Source: Bdellovibrionales bacterium (GTDB lineage: Bacteria > Bdellovibrionota > Bdellovibrionia > Bdellovibrionales > UBA1609). Taken from it: a stretch of DNA of 64,000 nucleotides. Both the position numbers and the translations under genes were made by a program. The stretch spans positions 1,888,001 to 1,952,000 of the forward strand of contig OZ241329.1 in assembly GCA_965199825.1 (NCBI GenBank), written 5' to 3'. The notes under the pieces are model-generated. The model ran no database searches, was not told where the DNA came from, and saw only the letters and a program-made list of their open reading frames with translations. Below are positions 48,310 to 59,700 of the stretch, in pieces. Position 1 is the stretch's first letter, and the number at the start of each line of letters is the position of its first letter.

Positions 48310-48367
48310 ATAGTTTCCTTTTGCTCCCTTGGCTTTGTTAGAAATAAGCAACCGGGGGGTCGCAATC

Positions 48368-49399
48368 ATGCAATTTTTGTTGCTGAGCTTTTTTCTCAAC
48401 TTTAGTTTTGGGATTGAGCAATCTCCACACGTCAGCGCTTTTTGTTCGGCATTGCTTCAAACTCAACCTACCGAGAGTCATCCAAAAGAAATTCTTGAAT
48501 TGCTCAATCCATCAATAGTCTCGGCTCTGCAAAGGGTTTCGAGTGGCCCAAAAACTCGCTCCCAAAAAATCATTAATTTTTTAAACGCTATCAAACCAGA
48601 AACCTTGGCCCAAATTTATGAACAATGGCGCAAAGGTCATTTTGATCTTTTAGAAAACTATGACCAGACCGTTTTGACTTCGATTAAGAAAATTGAAAAT
48701 TTGGCGTGGAGTCCAAAGCATGAAAAAATCTCGGCTGCTGTTTTGAGTCGGCTTGCTCAATTGCGCATTGATATGTTTTCAACAGAAGCCACGGTGGAGG
48801 CCTTCGAAGTTCGGGGCAAACAACATATCCTTGAATACCTTGATGATCTTGAAATCTCGTCTCACACAAATGACAAACCACAAAATCCAAAACCGCAGCT
48901 TAAAAAATCAATTCTTATTCAAGGGGCACTGGCGGTTGCGCTCTCCACCTATATCTATGGTCACGGTATTGGATTTTTATTTGAGCCACTTCCCCAACAC
49001 GTCGGCATGTGGGTGAGCGGAATTTTTATTTCAATCAAGGCCCTTGTTGCCGCGGTCCTTTATTATTTGGGACGAGTGATTGTTTACCCCCAAATGAAAG
49101 AGGCCATATTTTATTGGGCAGGATTGGTCTCAAACCACGGACGTATTCTTTATGAAGATATGACGAGTCAAGACCGCACATCATCTCAATTTCATATAAT
49201 CAATCAAATGAGAGAGACGTTAACAGCTTCTCAAGAGAGTTCAGATTTGATTTATAACTCGGTCAATATGATTTTGCCTCACCAAGAGGGAGGTGCGGCG
49301 CAGTACTTTTTGGCCGATCAAATTTTATTTTTTGAGAAGGGTGAGCCGATCCTGATCAATTTTTTACGCACGAAGAATAAGATGGATAGCCCAAAATAA
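48368..49399 (+). CDS. Exported/membrane hypothetical protein
   Basis: Signal peptide, CSALL motif, two internal hydrophobic helices. Confidence 0.7.
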   Translation: MQFLLLSFFLNFSFGIEQSPHVSAFCSALLQTQPTESHPKEILELLNPSIVSALQRVSSGPKTRSQKIINFLNAIKPETLAQIYEQWRKGHFDLLENYDQTVLTSIKKIENLAWSPKHEKISAAVLSRLAQLRIDMFSTEATVEAFEVRGKQHILEYLDDLEISSHTNDKPQNPKPQLKKSILIQGALAVALSTYIYGHGIGFLFEPLPQHVGMWVSGIFISIKALVAAVLYYLGRVIVYPQMKEAIFYWAGLVSNHGRILYEDMTSQDRTSSQFHIINQMRETLTASQESSDLIYNSVNMILPHQEGGAAQYFLADQILFFEKGEPILINFLRTKNKMDSPK

Positions 49400-49422
49400 A
49401 AAACCCGCCAGAGGCGGGTTTT
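49398..49422. terminator. Bidirectional intrinsic terminator
   Basis: AAAACCCGCC-AGA-GGCGGGTTTT. Confidence 0.85.
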
Positions 49423-49690
49423 AAGACAGAAACTGCTACTTTTCGAAGACGTCCCCCTTTAAATACTGTTTCTGTTTTTAGTATATATTGCTTTGCACAA
49501 AAACTCGACCACGATCTTTTTGGTGTTTCAAGATCATCCACTTAATCATTTATTTTTTGGATCAATATAAGATCAAGCCCGACTTGAATATTTCTTCATT
49601 TTGTCTTCAAACCAGCGCGACTAAATTTGATTAGGATGAATCAAAAGGAGACATCGTAAAACCAAAAAACTATTGAATAAAGGAGCTGTA

Positions 49691-50035
49691 ATGGCATTTG
49701 ACGATATTGTTTTGAACTACCAAGGTTTTCATCCTTCAGAATTTACCCAAGATCATCTTGTTTCACTCATTCGCGGTCTCTATGAAAAATCGCCGTCGGG
49801 TGCAAAAGTAAAAGCCTCTTTTAGCCAGCGAGAGAATTTATTTAAAGGTGTGATTAAAATTACCTCATCGGCGGGATCTTTCTTTGCTGTTGCCAATGGC
49901 CCGGCGCTCAATGAGGTGAGTAAAAAATTATTTTTCCAAATTAAAAAACGGCTTGATAAGTACAAAAGTCGTCGAATAAATAAAAAAGGTTTAAAAGCGT
50001 TATTTCGCAGACCGATAAAGGAAATGGATCAATGA
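49691..50035 (+). CDS. HPF/RaiA (S30AE)-like protein, divergent
   Basis: Beta-alpha-beta-beta-beta-alpha pattern ending QIKKRLDKYKSRR; SD AAGGAG. Confidence 0.55.
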   Translation: MAFDDIVLNYQGFHPSEFTQDHLVSLIRGLYEKSPSGAKVKASFSQRENLFKGVIKITSSAGSFFAVANGPALNEVSKKLFFQIKKRLDKYKSRRINKKGLKALFRRPIKEMDQ

Positions 50036-50232
50036 ATTCATCGATGCGTGCAGTGTTAAGTTTAAGTTGGACCGTTGCGGCCTTTGCCACACTGTTGTTG
50101 GTGGGTTTGGCAAAGTCTCCATTGTTTCAAGAGACTTCATCTTATAAGCACGCATCACTCCTGTCTTACGAAGCTCATCCTCTCTTTGCAAAAGAGCGGA
50201 TGTGTCTCTCTAAAGAATCTTCGCTCCCTTAA
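50032..50232 (+). CDS. Small membrane-anchored hypothetical protein
   Basis: ATGA overlap with the previous gene; N-terminal hydrophobic helix. Confidence 0.45.
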   Translation: MNSSMRAVLSLSWTVAAFATLLLVGLAKSPLFQETSSYKHASLLSYEAHPLFAKERMCLSKESSLP

Positions 50233-50233
50233 G

Positions 50234-51613
50234 ATGTCGAATGTAAAAACAATTCTTCCCTGGCTTGTCGCGGTTGCCTTTTTTATGGAGTCGCTCGACA
50301 CCACCATCTTAAACACCGCCATTCCAATGATTGCCGAAGCCTTGGGTGTGGCCCCTCTCAGCATGAAATCGGTTTTGAGCAGTTACACTTTAAGTCTTGC
50401 GGTTTTTATTCCTATTAGCAGTTGGGTGGCCGATCGCTTCGGGACTCGCCGGGTGTTTGCAAGTGCGATTGGTGTATTCACTCTGGGCTCGCTGCTATGT
50501 GGAATTTCAAATCAAATTCATGTTTTGGTTTTTTGTCGGGTTCTTCAAGGTATGGGTGGCGCAATGATGGTGCCCGTGGGTCGCCTCACTTTGGTAAGAA
50601 CATTTAAAAAATCAGAATTGGTGCGCGCGATGAGTTTTGTTGCGATTCCGGCTCTGATTGGACCGATGCTTGGTCCATTGATTGGTGGATTTATTGTGGG
50701 CTTTGCACACTGGCGCATGATTTTTTTCGTCAATATTCCAATTGGGCTCTTAGGACTTTATTTGGTCCACAAACATTTACCCGATTATCATGAACCCACC
50801 GGTCCTTTGGACGTCATAGGTCTTATTTTGTTTGGTTCGGGAGTTGCGCTATTGAGCTATGTGCTCGAAGTTTTTGGTGAGCACAGCTTAACATCGGTGG
50901 AGATTGGCGGATTGTTTGGTCTCGCGGTTATTCTTTTGCTCGGCTACATTTTTCATGCACGTAAAATGACCAATCCTTTGTTGCAGTTAAAACTTTTTAA
51001 AATACGAACTCTCAAAGTTTCGGTTATAGGAAATTTTATTACCCGACTCGGTGTGGGCGGCTTGCCCTTTTTATTGCCGCTGCTTTATCAGATTGGACTT
51101 GGATTTACACCCATCCAGTCGGGTCTTTTGATCATGCCCCAATCGATTGCGGCATTGAGTTTAAAAATGATGATGCCAAAAATTCTTTTTCGTTTTGGAT
51201 ACCGCACGGTGCTTGTTGTAAATACCATTTTTCTAGGAGGAACAATCGCGTTGTTCTCGCTGATCGATGCAGAAATTTCGATCAGTCTGATTGTGCTCAT
51301 TGCATGTCTCTATGGATTTTTATCATCGCTGCAGTACACGAGCATGAACACCTTGGTCTATGCCGATATTGATCAAAACCAAACCAGTATGGCGAGTACG
51401 ATCGTAAGTACAGTGCAACAGATGTCGATTAGCTTTGGAGTCGCTACCGCATCTCTTGTTACCGCTTTTTTTATCCCAAAGAATATTGCACTCATTGTAG
51501 GTCTTCACCGTGCGTTTTTATTTCTTGGAGTGCTGACCGCTTTATCGGCCTTGGTGTTTTATCAACTCGAAAATAATGATGGCGAAAGTGTGAGCCTCCA
51601 CAAGATCACTTAG
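50234..51613 (+). CDS. DHA2-family MFS efflux transporter (14 TM, MdtD/HsrA-like)
   Basis: FFMESLDTTILNTA, ADRFG.RRVF, QGMGGAMMVPVGR, W..IFFVNIPIG. Confidence 0.92.
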   Translation: MSNVKTILPWLVAVAFFMESLDTTILNTAIPMIAEALGVAPLSMKSVLSSYTLSLAVFIPISSWVADRFGTRRVFASAIGVFTLGSLLCGISNQIHVLVFCRVLQGMGGAMMVPVGRLTLVRTFKKSELVRAMSFVAIPALIGPMLGPLIGGFIVGFAHWRMIFFVNIPIGLLGLYLVHKHLPDYHEPTGPLDVIGLILFGSGVALLSYVLEVFGEHSLTSVEIGGLFGLAVILLLGYIFHARKMTNPLLQLKLFKIRTLKVSVIGNFITRLGVGGLPFLLPLLYQIGLGFTPIQSGLLIMPQSIAALSLKMMMPKILFRFGYRTVLVVNTIFLGGTIALFSLIDAEISISLIVLIACLYGFLSSLQYTSMNTLVYADIDQNQTSMASTIVSTVQQMSISFGVATASLVTAFFIPKNIALIVGLHRAFLFLGVLTALSALVFYQLENNDGESVSLHKIT

Positions 51614-52394
51614 GTCGCAAGTCGATTAATTTTCTGGCCATATCTCTTAAGGCCACAGCCTCGCCACTTTCAGGATCTGAATCGATAAATGGAATTCCAG
51701 CCTCACAGGCAACCCCAATCTGAGGATCAAATCCCAACCGCGCTAATTTTTCGATATGATGTGCACGAAGGTAGGTATCCAGCTCGCCACGCGGAAAAAG
51801 ATCGGTTTGTTCTAATGAGCCGGGGGCTTGAAAGTACGCCATGTTTTCGATCACACCAAGTAGCGGAACATTGATGCGTTCAAACATGTCGATCGCTTTT
51901 TTGCAGTCAGCAAGAGCGATATTTTGGGGAGTGCACACCACGATTGCACCGGTGACAGGAACTTTTTGGGCAATGGTTAAGGCCACATCTCCGGTTCCAG
52001 GTGGTAAGTCGATCACCAAATCGTCGAGCTCACCCCAATCGACATCACGAAAAAATTGTTCGATCGCCTTAAAGAGCATTGGACCGCGCCAGACCACAGC
52101 ACTCGCCTCATCGATTAAAAAACCAATGCTCATCAATTTCATGCTGAACTTTTTGAGAGGTTGAATTTTTCCTTGAGGACTCACTTCAGGTTTAAGGTGT
52201 TGTGTCCCAGTCATTCGCGGGATGCTTGGTCCATAGATGTCGGCATCAAGAAGTCCCACCGATCGTCCAAGATTTTTTAGACTGAAGGCAAGATTGAGAG
52301 CGAGAGTACTTTTCCCGACGCCACCTTTACCGCTCCCGACCAAAAAAATATTTTTTACTCCAGCGATGGGAGCTTGATTCGTAAAAGGATTCAA
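51606..52394 (-). CDS. mrp: Mrp/NBP35 (ApbC) Fe-S carrier ATPase
   Basis: SGKGGVGKST, DADIYGPS, WRGPM, DLPPGTGD, ENM; likely TTG start after AAGGAG. Confidence 0.93.
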   Translation of the reverse strand: MNPFTNQAPIAGVKNIFLVGSGKGGVGKSTLALNLAFSLKNLGRSVGLLDADIYGPSIPRMTGTQHLKPEVSPQGKIQPLKKFSMKLMSIGFLIDEASAVVWRGPMLFKAIEQFFRDVDWGELDDLVIDLPPGTGDVALTIAQKVPVTGAIVVCTPQNIALADCKKAIDMFERINVPLLGVIENMAYFQAPGSLEQTDLFPRGELDTYLRAHHIEKLARLGFDPQIGVACEAGIPFIDSDPESGEAVALRDMARKLIDLRPK

Positions 52395-52453
52395 AGTGCA
52401 TTTCTCCTTCAATTGAACTAGTCTTTTGACAGGAAACGTCAAAAAATACAAAA

Positions 52454-52783
52454 GTGAATATCAAAGAATATTTAATACTGAATGGTTTTGTTGTGGTGGG
52501 AGCTATTTTTTATCTTTTAAAAAAAAGAGCCGCACCCGTTTCAAGATTTCGATCAAGTCGTCCCCAGTCTCAAATTATGTTTAACTATAATGGCCACACT
52601 TGGGAAGCCTATGAAACTTTAGGGCTTCCTCCAGGAGCAAGTTTTGAGGCCGCTCAAAAGGCATTCGAAGAGATCGCGGCACAAAGCGATCAAGAATCGA
52701 TTGCTTTTTTGGTAGCGGCTATCGAAGCTATCCGTGAGGGTGTGGCGGTTCAACGGAGATCTCATGACAGTTCATCATCTTAA
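52454..52783 (+). CDS. Membrane-anchored J-domain-like protein lacking HPD
   Basis: N-terminal TM segment; [12 protein letters not shown]...KAF resembles J-domain helices I-II. Confidence 0.6.
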   Translation: MNIKEYLILNGFVVVGAIFYLLKKRAAPVSRFRSSRPQSQIMFNYNGHTWEAYETLGLPPGASFEAAQKAFEEIAAQSDQESIAFLVAAIEAIREGVAVQRRSHDSSSS

Positions 52784-54089
52784 AGATTTGCAAACCCTCG
52801 TCTCGCTTGCAAAGCGGCGTGGTTTTGTTTTTCAAAGTTCTGAAATTTATGGCGGCCTGAATTCCTGTTGGGATTATGGTCCCTTGGGTTCGCAATTTAA
52901 AATGTCGGTGAAGCTGGCGTGGTGGAATGCGATGACTCGCCGGCAAGATATTGTTGGGCTTGATGCCGCAATCCTTATGCATCCCACCGTTTGGAAGGCC
53001 TCGGGCCATATCGAGGGTTTTACCGATCCAATGGTGGATTGCAAAAACTGTAAAAATCGATTTCGTCCTGATGAGGAAGGGACGGTATGTCCTCGTTGTG
53101 GATCAAAAGATGTCACCGAAGCCCGTAATTTTAATTTGATGTTTAAGACCCATATGGGTCCATTAGAAGAAGAGGCCTCGCTCGTTTATCTCAGGCCTGA
53201 GACGGCTCAAGGTATTTTTGTCAATTTTGAAAATGTGCAGACATCGACTCGCAAAAAAATTCCATTTGGAATTGCCCAAATCGGTAAATCTTTTCGTAAT
53301 GAAATCACTCCTGGAAATTTTATTTTTCGCACTCGTGAGTTTGAACAGATGGAGATGCAATACTTTGTAAAACCCGGAACCGATATGGAGTGGTTTGAAA
53401 AGTGGAAGCAAGCGCGGTGGGATTTTTATCTCAACTCTGGTATTTCAAAATCTAAAATCCGATTTCATCAGCATGAGCCCAATAAGCTCGCCCACTATGC
53501 AAGAGCCGCCTTTGATGTGCAGTATGAGTTTCCATTTGGCTGGCAAGAGCTTGAAGGCATTCATAATCGGGGTGATTTTGATTTAAGCCAACACCAAAAA
53601 TTTTCGGGCAAAAAACTCGAATACTTTGAAGAGGCCACAAAGGAAAAATATATTCCCTTTGTGATCGAAACCGCGGTGGGTTGCGACCGTTTGGCCCTTG
53701 CTCTGTTGTGTGATGCCTATCGCGAAGAGCACACCACCACCGAAAAAGGCGAAAATGATGTGCGTGTAGTACTCGGATTAAAACCCGAATTTGCACCCTA
53801 CAAAGCAGCACTTTTGCCGCTCTCAAAAAAAGAGCCCTTAATCGCCACCGCCAATCAAATCCGCGATGAGCTTTCGAAATCTTTTTCAACCGATTATGAC
53901 GAGACCGCGAGTATCGGCAAGCGCTACCGCAGGCAAGATGAGATCGGCACACCGTTTTGTATCACGGTTGATTTTGAAACTGCGAATGATCAAAAAGTGA
54001 CGGTTCGCCATCGCGATACCATGAAGCAAGAGCGAGTGGCTATCGACTCCATTAAGACTTATCTGACAGAAAACTTTAAGTTTATTTAA
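52764..54089 (+). CDS. glyQS: Glycine-tRNA ligase (homodimeric alpha2 type)
   Basis: [51 protein letters not shown]. Confidence 0.97.
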   Translation: MTVHHLKDLQTLVSLAKRRGFVFQSSEIYGGLNSCWDYGPLGSQFKMSVKLAWWNAMTRRQDIVGLDAAILMHPTVWKASGHIEGFTDPMVDCKNCKNRFRPDEEGTVCPRCGSKDVTEARNFNLMFKTHMGPLEEEASLVYLRPETAQGIFVNFENVQTSTRKKIPFGIAQIGKSFRNEITPGNFIFRTREFEQMEMQYFVKPGTDMEWFEKWKQARWDFYLNSGISKSKIRFHQHEPNKLAHYARAAFDVQYEFPFGWQELEGIHNRGDFDLSQHQKFSGKKLEYFEEATKEKYIPFVIETAVGCDRLALALLCDAYREEHTTTEKGENDVRVVLGLKPEFAPYKAALLPLSKKEPLIATANQIRDELSKSFSTDYDETASIGKRYRRQDEIGTPFCITVDFETANDQKVTVRHRDTMKQERVAIDSIKTYLTENFKFI

Positions 54090-54105
54090 TTGAAGAGGTT
54101 CTAAA

Positions 54106-56766
54106 ATGGAAGGCGAGATCGTGCATCTTAAAAAGAGCAAGCCGGTTTATTTTTTCGCAAAGGGAGAGGCCGAAGGGGATACTTCGATGCGAAATATCCT
54201 TGGCGGAAAAGGCTCAAACCTTGCCGAGATGACCGCACTCGGTCTGCCGGTTCCTCCTGGATTTACGATCTCAACCGAGATGTGTCAGGAATTTTATGAT
54301 CAAGGCGAAACGCTCTCGCAAGATTTAAAAAACGCGGTATTGAGTGCGCTCAATCGGGTTGAAAAAAATATTTCAAAGCAGTTTGGTTCGGCTACTAATC
54401 CACTGTTGGTGTCGGTGCGATCGGGTGCTCGGGTGAGCATGCCCGGGATGATGGACACAATTTTAAATCTTGGTTTGAATGACCAGACCGTTGTGGGGCT
54501 TGCAGCAAAATCGGGAAGCGAGCGCTTTGCCTATGATTCTTACCGCCGATTTATACAGATGTATGCGGATGTGGTGCTCGGCATGAACGCTTCACTGCTT
54601 GATGTCACACTCGAAGATCTTAAAGACCGCCAAAAAATAAAAAACGATACAGATCTTTCTGCGGATGACCTAAAAATTTTGGTCAAAAAATTTAAACTTC
54701 AGGTGATTGAATCGACCGGCCATGCTTTTCCAAGTGATCCATTTGAACAACTCTGGGGATCGATACAAGCGGTCTTTCGGAGTTGGAATACGCCGCGCGC
54801 CCAAACGTATCGTCAGCTTCACGGCTACTCAAGCGCATGGGGAACTGCGGTGAATATTCAGTCGATGGTGTTTGGAAATTTAGGCGAAGACTCGGCAACC
54901 GGTGTGGCGTTCACACGCAATCCTTCGAATGGCAAAAATGAATTCTACGGCGAGTATTTGGTGAATGCTCAAGGTGAGGATGTGGTGGCGGGCATTCGCA
55001 CGCCCTTGGCCTTAACCAAAGCCGGAGGTCAAAACTCACTCGAAGAGGTGATGCCAAAAGCATTTCAAGATCTAAAAGTTGTTTATCAAAAATTAGAAAA
55101 ACATTATCGCGATATGCAAGATATTGAGTTCACAATTGAGGCTGGCAAATTGTGGATGCTCCAAACTCGCAGCGGCAAGCGCACTGCTCAAGCCGCACTC
55201 CGTATTGCTTGCGAGATGATCGATGAAAAATTGATTTCTGAAAAAGAAGCAATTTTAAGAATCGATCCCCAATCGCTGGATCAACTGCTTCATCCAACCC
55301 TTGATCCGGATGCCAAAAAAACCATTCTTGCCAAGGGTCTTCCGGCATCACCTGGAGGGGCTACCGGAGTGATTGTATTTAGTAGCGAAGAGGCCTCACG
55401 CCTTAAAGACAAAAAAACAATTTTGGTCCGCATCGAAACCTCACCTGAAGATATTGAGGGCATGATTTGCTCCCAAGGAATTTTGACCTCTCGAGGTGGA
55501 ATGACTTCTCATGCGGCGGTGGTAGCTCGCGGTATGGGCAAGTGTTGCGTTGCGGGTTGTGGCGATCTTGAAATTGATATGCAAAAAAAAATTGTCAGAA
55601 TTAACGGCTATGTTTTAAAAGAGGGCGAAGAGCTCACGCTTGACGGCTCAACTGGCGAAGTTTTTTTAGGCGCAGTCCAAACTGTTAATCCAAAATTAGA
55701 TCAGTATTTTGAGCGCATCATGAAAATTTCTGATCAGCACCGCAGGCTCAAGGTGAGGGCAAACGCAGATACGCCTGAGGATGCCAAGATCGCCAAGCAG
55801 TTTGGGGCTGAAGGAATCGGACTTTGTCGAACTGAGCATATGTTTTTTGCAAGCGACCGCATCGATGTGATGCGCCAAATGATCATGGCCGAAACTCGCG
55901 AAGAGCGAATTGAATTCTTAAACCAATTGCTCAAAATGCAGCGAGAGGATTTTGTTGGTTTATTTCAGGCCATGAATGGACATCCTGTGACCATTCGGTT
56001 TTTGGATCCCCCCTTGCATGAATTTTTACCGCACTCAAAAACCGAAATAAAAGAATTCAGTGAGCGACTGGGTTTGAATGCAGAGCGGGTAGAACAAAAA
56101 GTAAAAAACCTTCACGAGTTTAATCCGATGTTGGGGCATCGGGGGTGTCGACTAGCAGTCACCTATCCAGAAATTTATCAGATGCAAGCCCGAGCGGTTG
56201 CCGAGGCGGTGATCGAAATGGCAAAACAAAACCAACAGGTCACTCCTGAAATCATGATTCCCTTAGTGATGGATTTTAAAGAACTTAAAACTTTAAGAGA
56301 GCTTGTGATCAATGAAATTGAAAATGTGTCATCAAAAATAAAATTAATGGTGGGAACAATGATCGAGATCCCACGTGCGGCTTTGACTGCAGATTTGATT
56401 TCACAACATGCCGAATTTTTTAGTTTTGGTACAAATGATTTGACCCAAACCACACTTGGACTTTCACGTGATGATTCCTCGCGGTTTTTAAGTACGTATG
56501 TGAGCGAAGGTTTGCTGTCTCATGATCCCTTCCAGTCCTTGGACCAGGAGGGTGTGGGTGCTCTAATTAAAAAAGCAGTTGAATTAGGACAAAGAGCCAG
56601 GCCAGATATTAAGCTTGGGGTCTGTGGAGAGCATGGTGGTGATCCACTGAGTATTGAGTTCTTTCATCGGGTTGGGCTTCACTATGTGAGCTGCTCACCC
56701 TACCGAATACCGATTGCGCGACTCAGTGCTGCCCAGGCGGCATTAAAAGAAGGTAAAACAACTTGA
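54106..56766 (+). CDS. ppdK: Pyruvate, phosphate dikinase
   Basis: GGKGSNLAEM, VSVRSGA..SMPGMMDT, GGMTSHAAVVARG, CRTEHM, CGEHGGDP. Confidence 0.98.
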   Translation: MEGEIVHLKKSKPVYFFAKGEAEGDTSMRNILGGKGSNLAEMTALGLPVPPGFTISTEMCQEFYDQGETLSQDLKNAVLSALNRVEKNISKQFGSATNPLLVSVRSGARVSMPGMMDTILNLGLNDQTVVGLAAKSGSERFAYDSYRRFIQMYADVVLGMNASLLDVTLEDLKDRQKIKNDTDLSADDLKILVKKFKLQVIESTGHAFPSDPFEQLWGSIQAVFRSWNTPRAQTYRQLHGYSSAWGTAVNIQSMVFGNLGEDSATGVAFTRNPSNGKNEFYGEYLVNAQGEDVVAGIRTPLALTKAGGQNSLEEVMPKAFQDLKVVYQKLEKHYRDMQDIEFTIEAGKLWMLQTRSGKRTAQAALRIACEMIDEKLISEKEAILRIDPQSLDQLLHPTLDPDAKKTILAKGLPASPGGATGVIVFSSEEASRLKDKKTILVRIETSPEDIEGMICSQGILTSRGGMTSHAAVVARGMGKCCVAGCGDLEIDMQKKIVRINGYVLKEGEELTLDGSTGEVFLGAVQTVNPKLDQYFERIMKISDQHRRLKVRANADTPEDAKIAKQFGAEGIGLCRTEHMFFASDRIDVMRQMIMAETREERIEFLNQLLKMQREDFVGLFQAMNGHPVTIRFLDPPLHEFLPHSKTEIKEFSERLGLNAERVEQKVKNLHEFNPMLGHRGCRLAVTYPEIYQMQARAVAEAVIEMAKQNQQVTPEIMIPLVMDFKELKTLRELVINEIENVSSKIKLMVGTMIEIPRAALTADLISQHAEFFSFGTNDLTQTTLGLSRDDSSRFLSTYVSEGLLSHDPFQSLDQEGVGALIKKAVELGQRARPDIKLGVCGEHGGDPLSIEFFHRVGLHYVSCSPYRIPIARLSAAQAALKEGKTT

Positions 56767-59700
56767 GAATTAAAAAATTAGAGATCATTGGCTTTAAATC
56801 TTTCAAAGATAAAACCGTTATTCAATTTGATCATGGCATCACCGGAATAGTTGGGCCAAACGGTTGCGGAAAATCAAATATCGTTGATGCCCTGGTTTGG
56901 GTCATGGGTGAGATGTCGGCAAAACATCTTCGCGGATCTTCAATGGAAGACGTGATCTTTGCTGGTGCCGAAAATTATGCGCCCATGGGGATGTGCGAGG
57001 TTTCACTCACCCTTGAAAATGATGGAGGAGCTTTTCCGGCTAAATATTTAAGATTTACCGAAATTATGCTGACCCGAAAACTTCATCGTTCGGGTGAAAG
57101 TGAATACTTCGTTAATAAAGAACCTGCCCGCCTCAAAGACATTCAAGAGGTTTTTATGGATACTGGTGCGGGATCAAAAGGGTTTTCGATTATCGAGCAA
57201 GGTGCAATTGGTAAGATCATTACCGCCAAACCCGAAGATCGCCGCACCTTGATTGAAGAAGCTGCAGGGATCACAAAGTTTAAGGCGCGCAAACGTGAGT
57301 CTCAGCGAAAGCTCGAATCCACAGATCAAAATTTGGTGCGCCTCCAAGATATTTTGGGTGAACAAAAACGCCAACTCGATAGTCTTGAAAGACAAAAGCA
57401 GAGAGCCGAGCGCTTCAGAACCTTGAGAACCCAAATCCAAGAAAAAGAAATTTTAAGCTCGTCAAAATCCTATCTGCTTTTAAAAGATGAAGTTGTTGAA
57501 CTCGAATCCAATTTACAACGCTTAATTGATAACGAAAATGAACTTTCGGTTTCACAAAACCAACGCGAAAACGAAATTCAGACTTTAAGGCTCGATGTTT
57601 TAGAACACGAAAAACAAGCCGATGAGCGAGGCTCCGCACAATCAATACTCCTAAACACGGTGCAGGGTTTAGAAAATGAGATTCGCGAACTCAAATTTGA
57701 AATGGAACAGGCCCGGCGCAATCGCGAAATGACGGGTAGTCTTTTAGGCCAATACGAGGCTCGCAAATTGGCTCTAGAAGAGGATCTCCGCCAAACCGAA
57801 GATCGATATCAATTGATTTCTGAGGAATTAAATTCAAGCCGCGCCTTGTTTGATGAGCGCAATCAAATATTGATCGAAGCACATTCAGAGATTCAGCATT
57901 TAGATCAAGATTTAACATTGAAGCGGCGAGAGATGATTGCTTTATCTCAAAGCGAATCTCAACTCGACGCGCGCTCACAGCTCCTCAGTGCCCAAACCGA
58001 AATGCAATCGGAGCAACTCGAATCCAATCTTAAAATTTCTGCAGAGTTGAGCGCACAAAAAGATGAATTCCATCAACGGCGCCATCGGATTTTTAATGAG
58101 CTCGAATCCGAGCGGCAAATGCAGCTCGATATCATGAGAGATGTCGAAAATTTCGAACAAAATTTAAATCTCTTAGAGCAACAATTGATGAGCCGCACTT
58201 CGGAGGTCGAAACCTTTAAAGATACATTAAACCAAGTGTGCTCAAGACTTTATGGACTTGAAAATTTGCAATCCAGTTTTGAAGGTTTTGAAGACGGTGT
58301 TAAAAACGTGATGCTCTGGCAGCGGTCCCGCGGCGAAAGCGAAATGAAGCCGATGGCTGAAGTTTTAGAAGTGCCGGAAGAATACGAGCTTGCGATGGAA
58401 GGGGCTCTTGGATCACGCCTGCAATTGTTATTGTCGCAAAAATCTGAGACCGCTCTTCATGCGGTGGATTATCTCAAAGAAAAAAAAATCGGTCGCTCAA
58501 GTTTTATTTCGCAAGATTTAAGTGGCGGAACTCAAAGCCTCTCGATGAGTGAAAATATCAAATCGGCTCACGGTGTGACCGCACTGCTTATGGATGTGGT
58601 CAAAGTTCCAGAAGCTTATGAAAGCCAGGTCAAAAGCTTTGTTCAAAATGTGGCGGTGGTCGATTCGATTCGATCGGCTCTCAATTTAAGAAGTCAGCAT
58701 CAAGGATGGACGTTTGTCACCATGGAGGGTGATGCTTTATCAAATGAAGGTGTGCTGACGGGCGGGACAGCTGAGTCGGCGAGCAGCGGGGTCATTCAAC
58801 GACGTCGTGAAATTAAAGAGCTCACCCTTAAGCGCAATGAAGCCGAGGGAAAATTAGCTTTAGCCCAAGCGGCACTCAAAAAACTTTCCGACCAAGTTCA
58901 AACCATGAGCGAAGAGCTTGAAAATTCCCGCAAAAAAAATAACGAAAAAGAAATCCGGGTGATGTCTTTACAAAAAGATTTAGACCGCGCCGAAAATGAA
59001 CTCCGCAATGCGACCGTGGCGGTTGAGCGATCAGAGGCCGAGATCAGCCGACTGACTGCCCAAAAAATGAAAACCGAAGATGATTTTGCCGAGCTCACCG
59101 AACGGCTTGAAGATATCCGAACCAAAAAGACGCTGTTTGAAACAGACACCCAAGATTTGGATATCCGACTTAAAGACTCTCGCTCTGGAATTGAGTCTCT
59201 TCAAACCGAGGTCACCGATTTAAAAGTGAAAGTTGCAAAACGAAATCAAGAACTCGAAGGTCTGCAACTGCAACTCGATATGCTTAATAAATCTTTTGGT
59301 GAAGTCACACATCAGCTTTCACAGATGTCTTCAGAAAGCCAAAAAAGCGGCGAGGTGCTTTCGACTCATCAGATTCTGATTGGCCAAAAGCAGGTGCAGC
59401 TCGAATCTAAAATTGTCGAAACCGATGCTGCCAAAAAACTTTTTAATCAGAGTCGTGATCTTTTCGAAACGACATCGGCAGATCTTCGTTCGCTCGAATC
59501 AGAGATGACCCATGCCATGATGAATCTCGGTGACACACGTTCGCAAAAAAATGACACCCAATTTAAACTCGAACAGTTAAAGATGAAAGAGCAGTATCTT
59601 GAGACCCAAATTCATGAGCGCTATATGATTCAGTTGTCTGATGTCGTAGAGCAGTATCGTGAGCAAGATGCAGATCTCGAAATTTTAGAGCAAGAGCTTC

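Noticed and set aside
50075..50233. Long N-terminus of the MFS ORF
   Set aside because: MFS homology starts at MSNVKTILPWLVA (50234); the extension overlaps the small upstream ORF
53452..53952. 166-aa minus-strand ORF and similar short antisense ORFs throughout
   Set aside because: Lie opposite well-conserved genes and show no protein-like features
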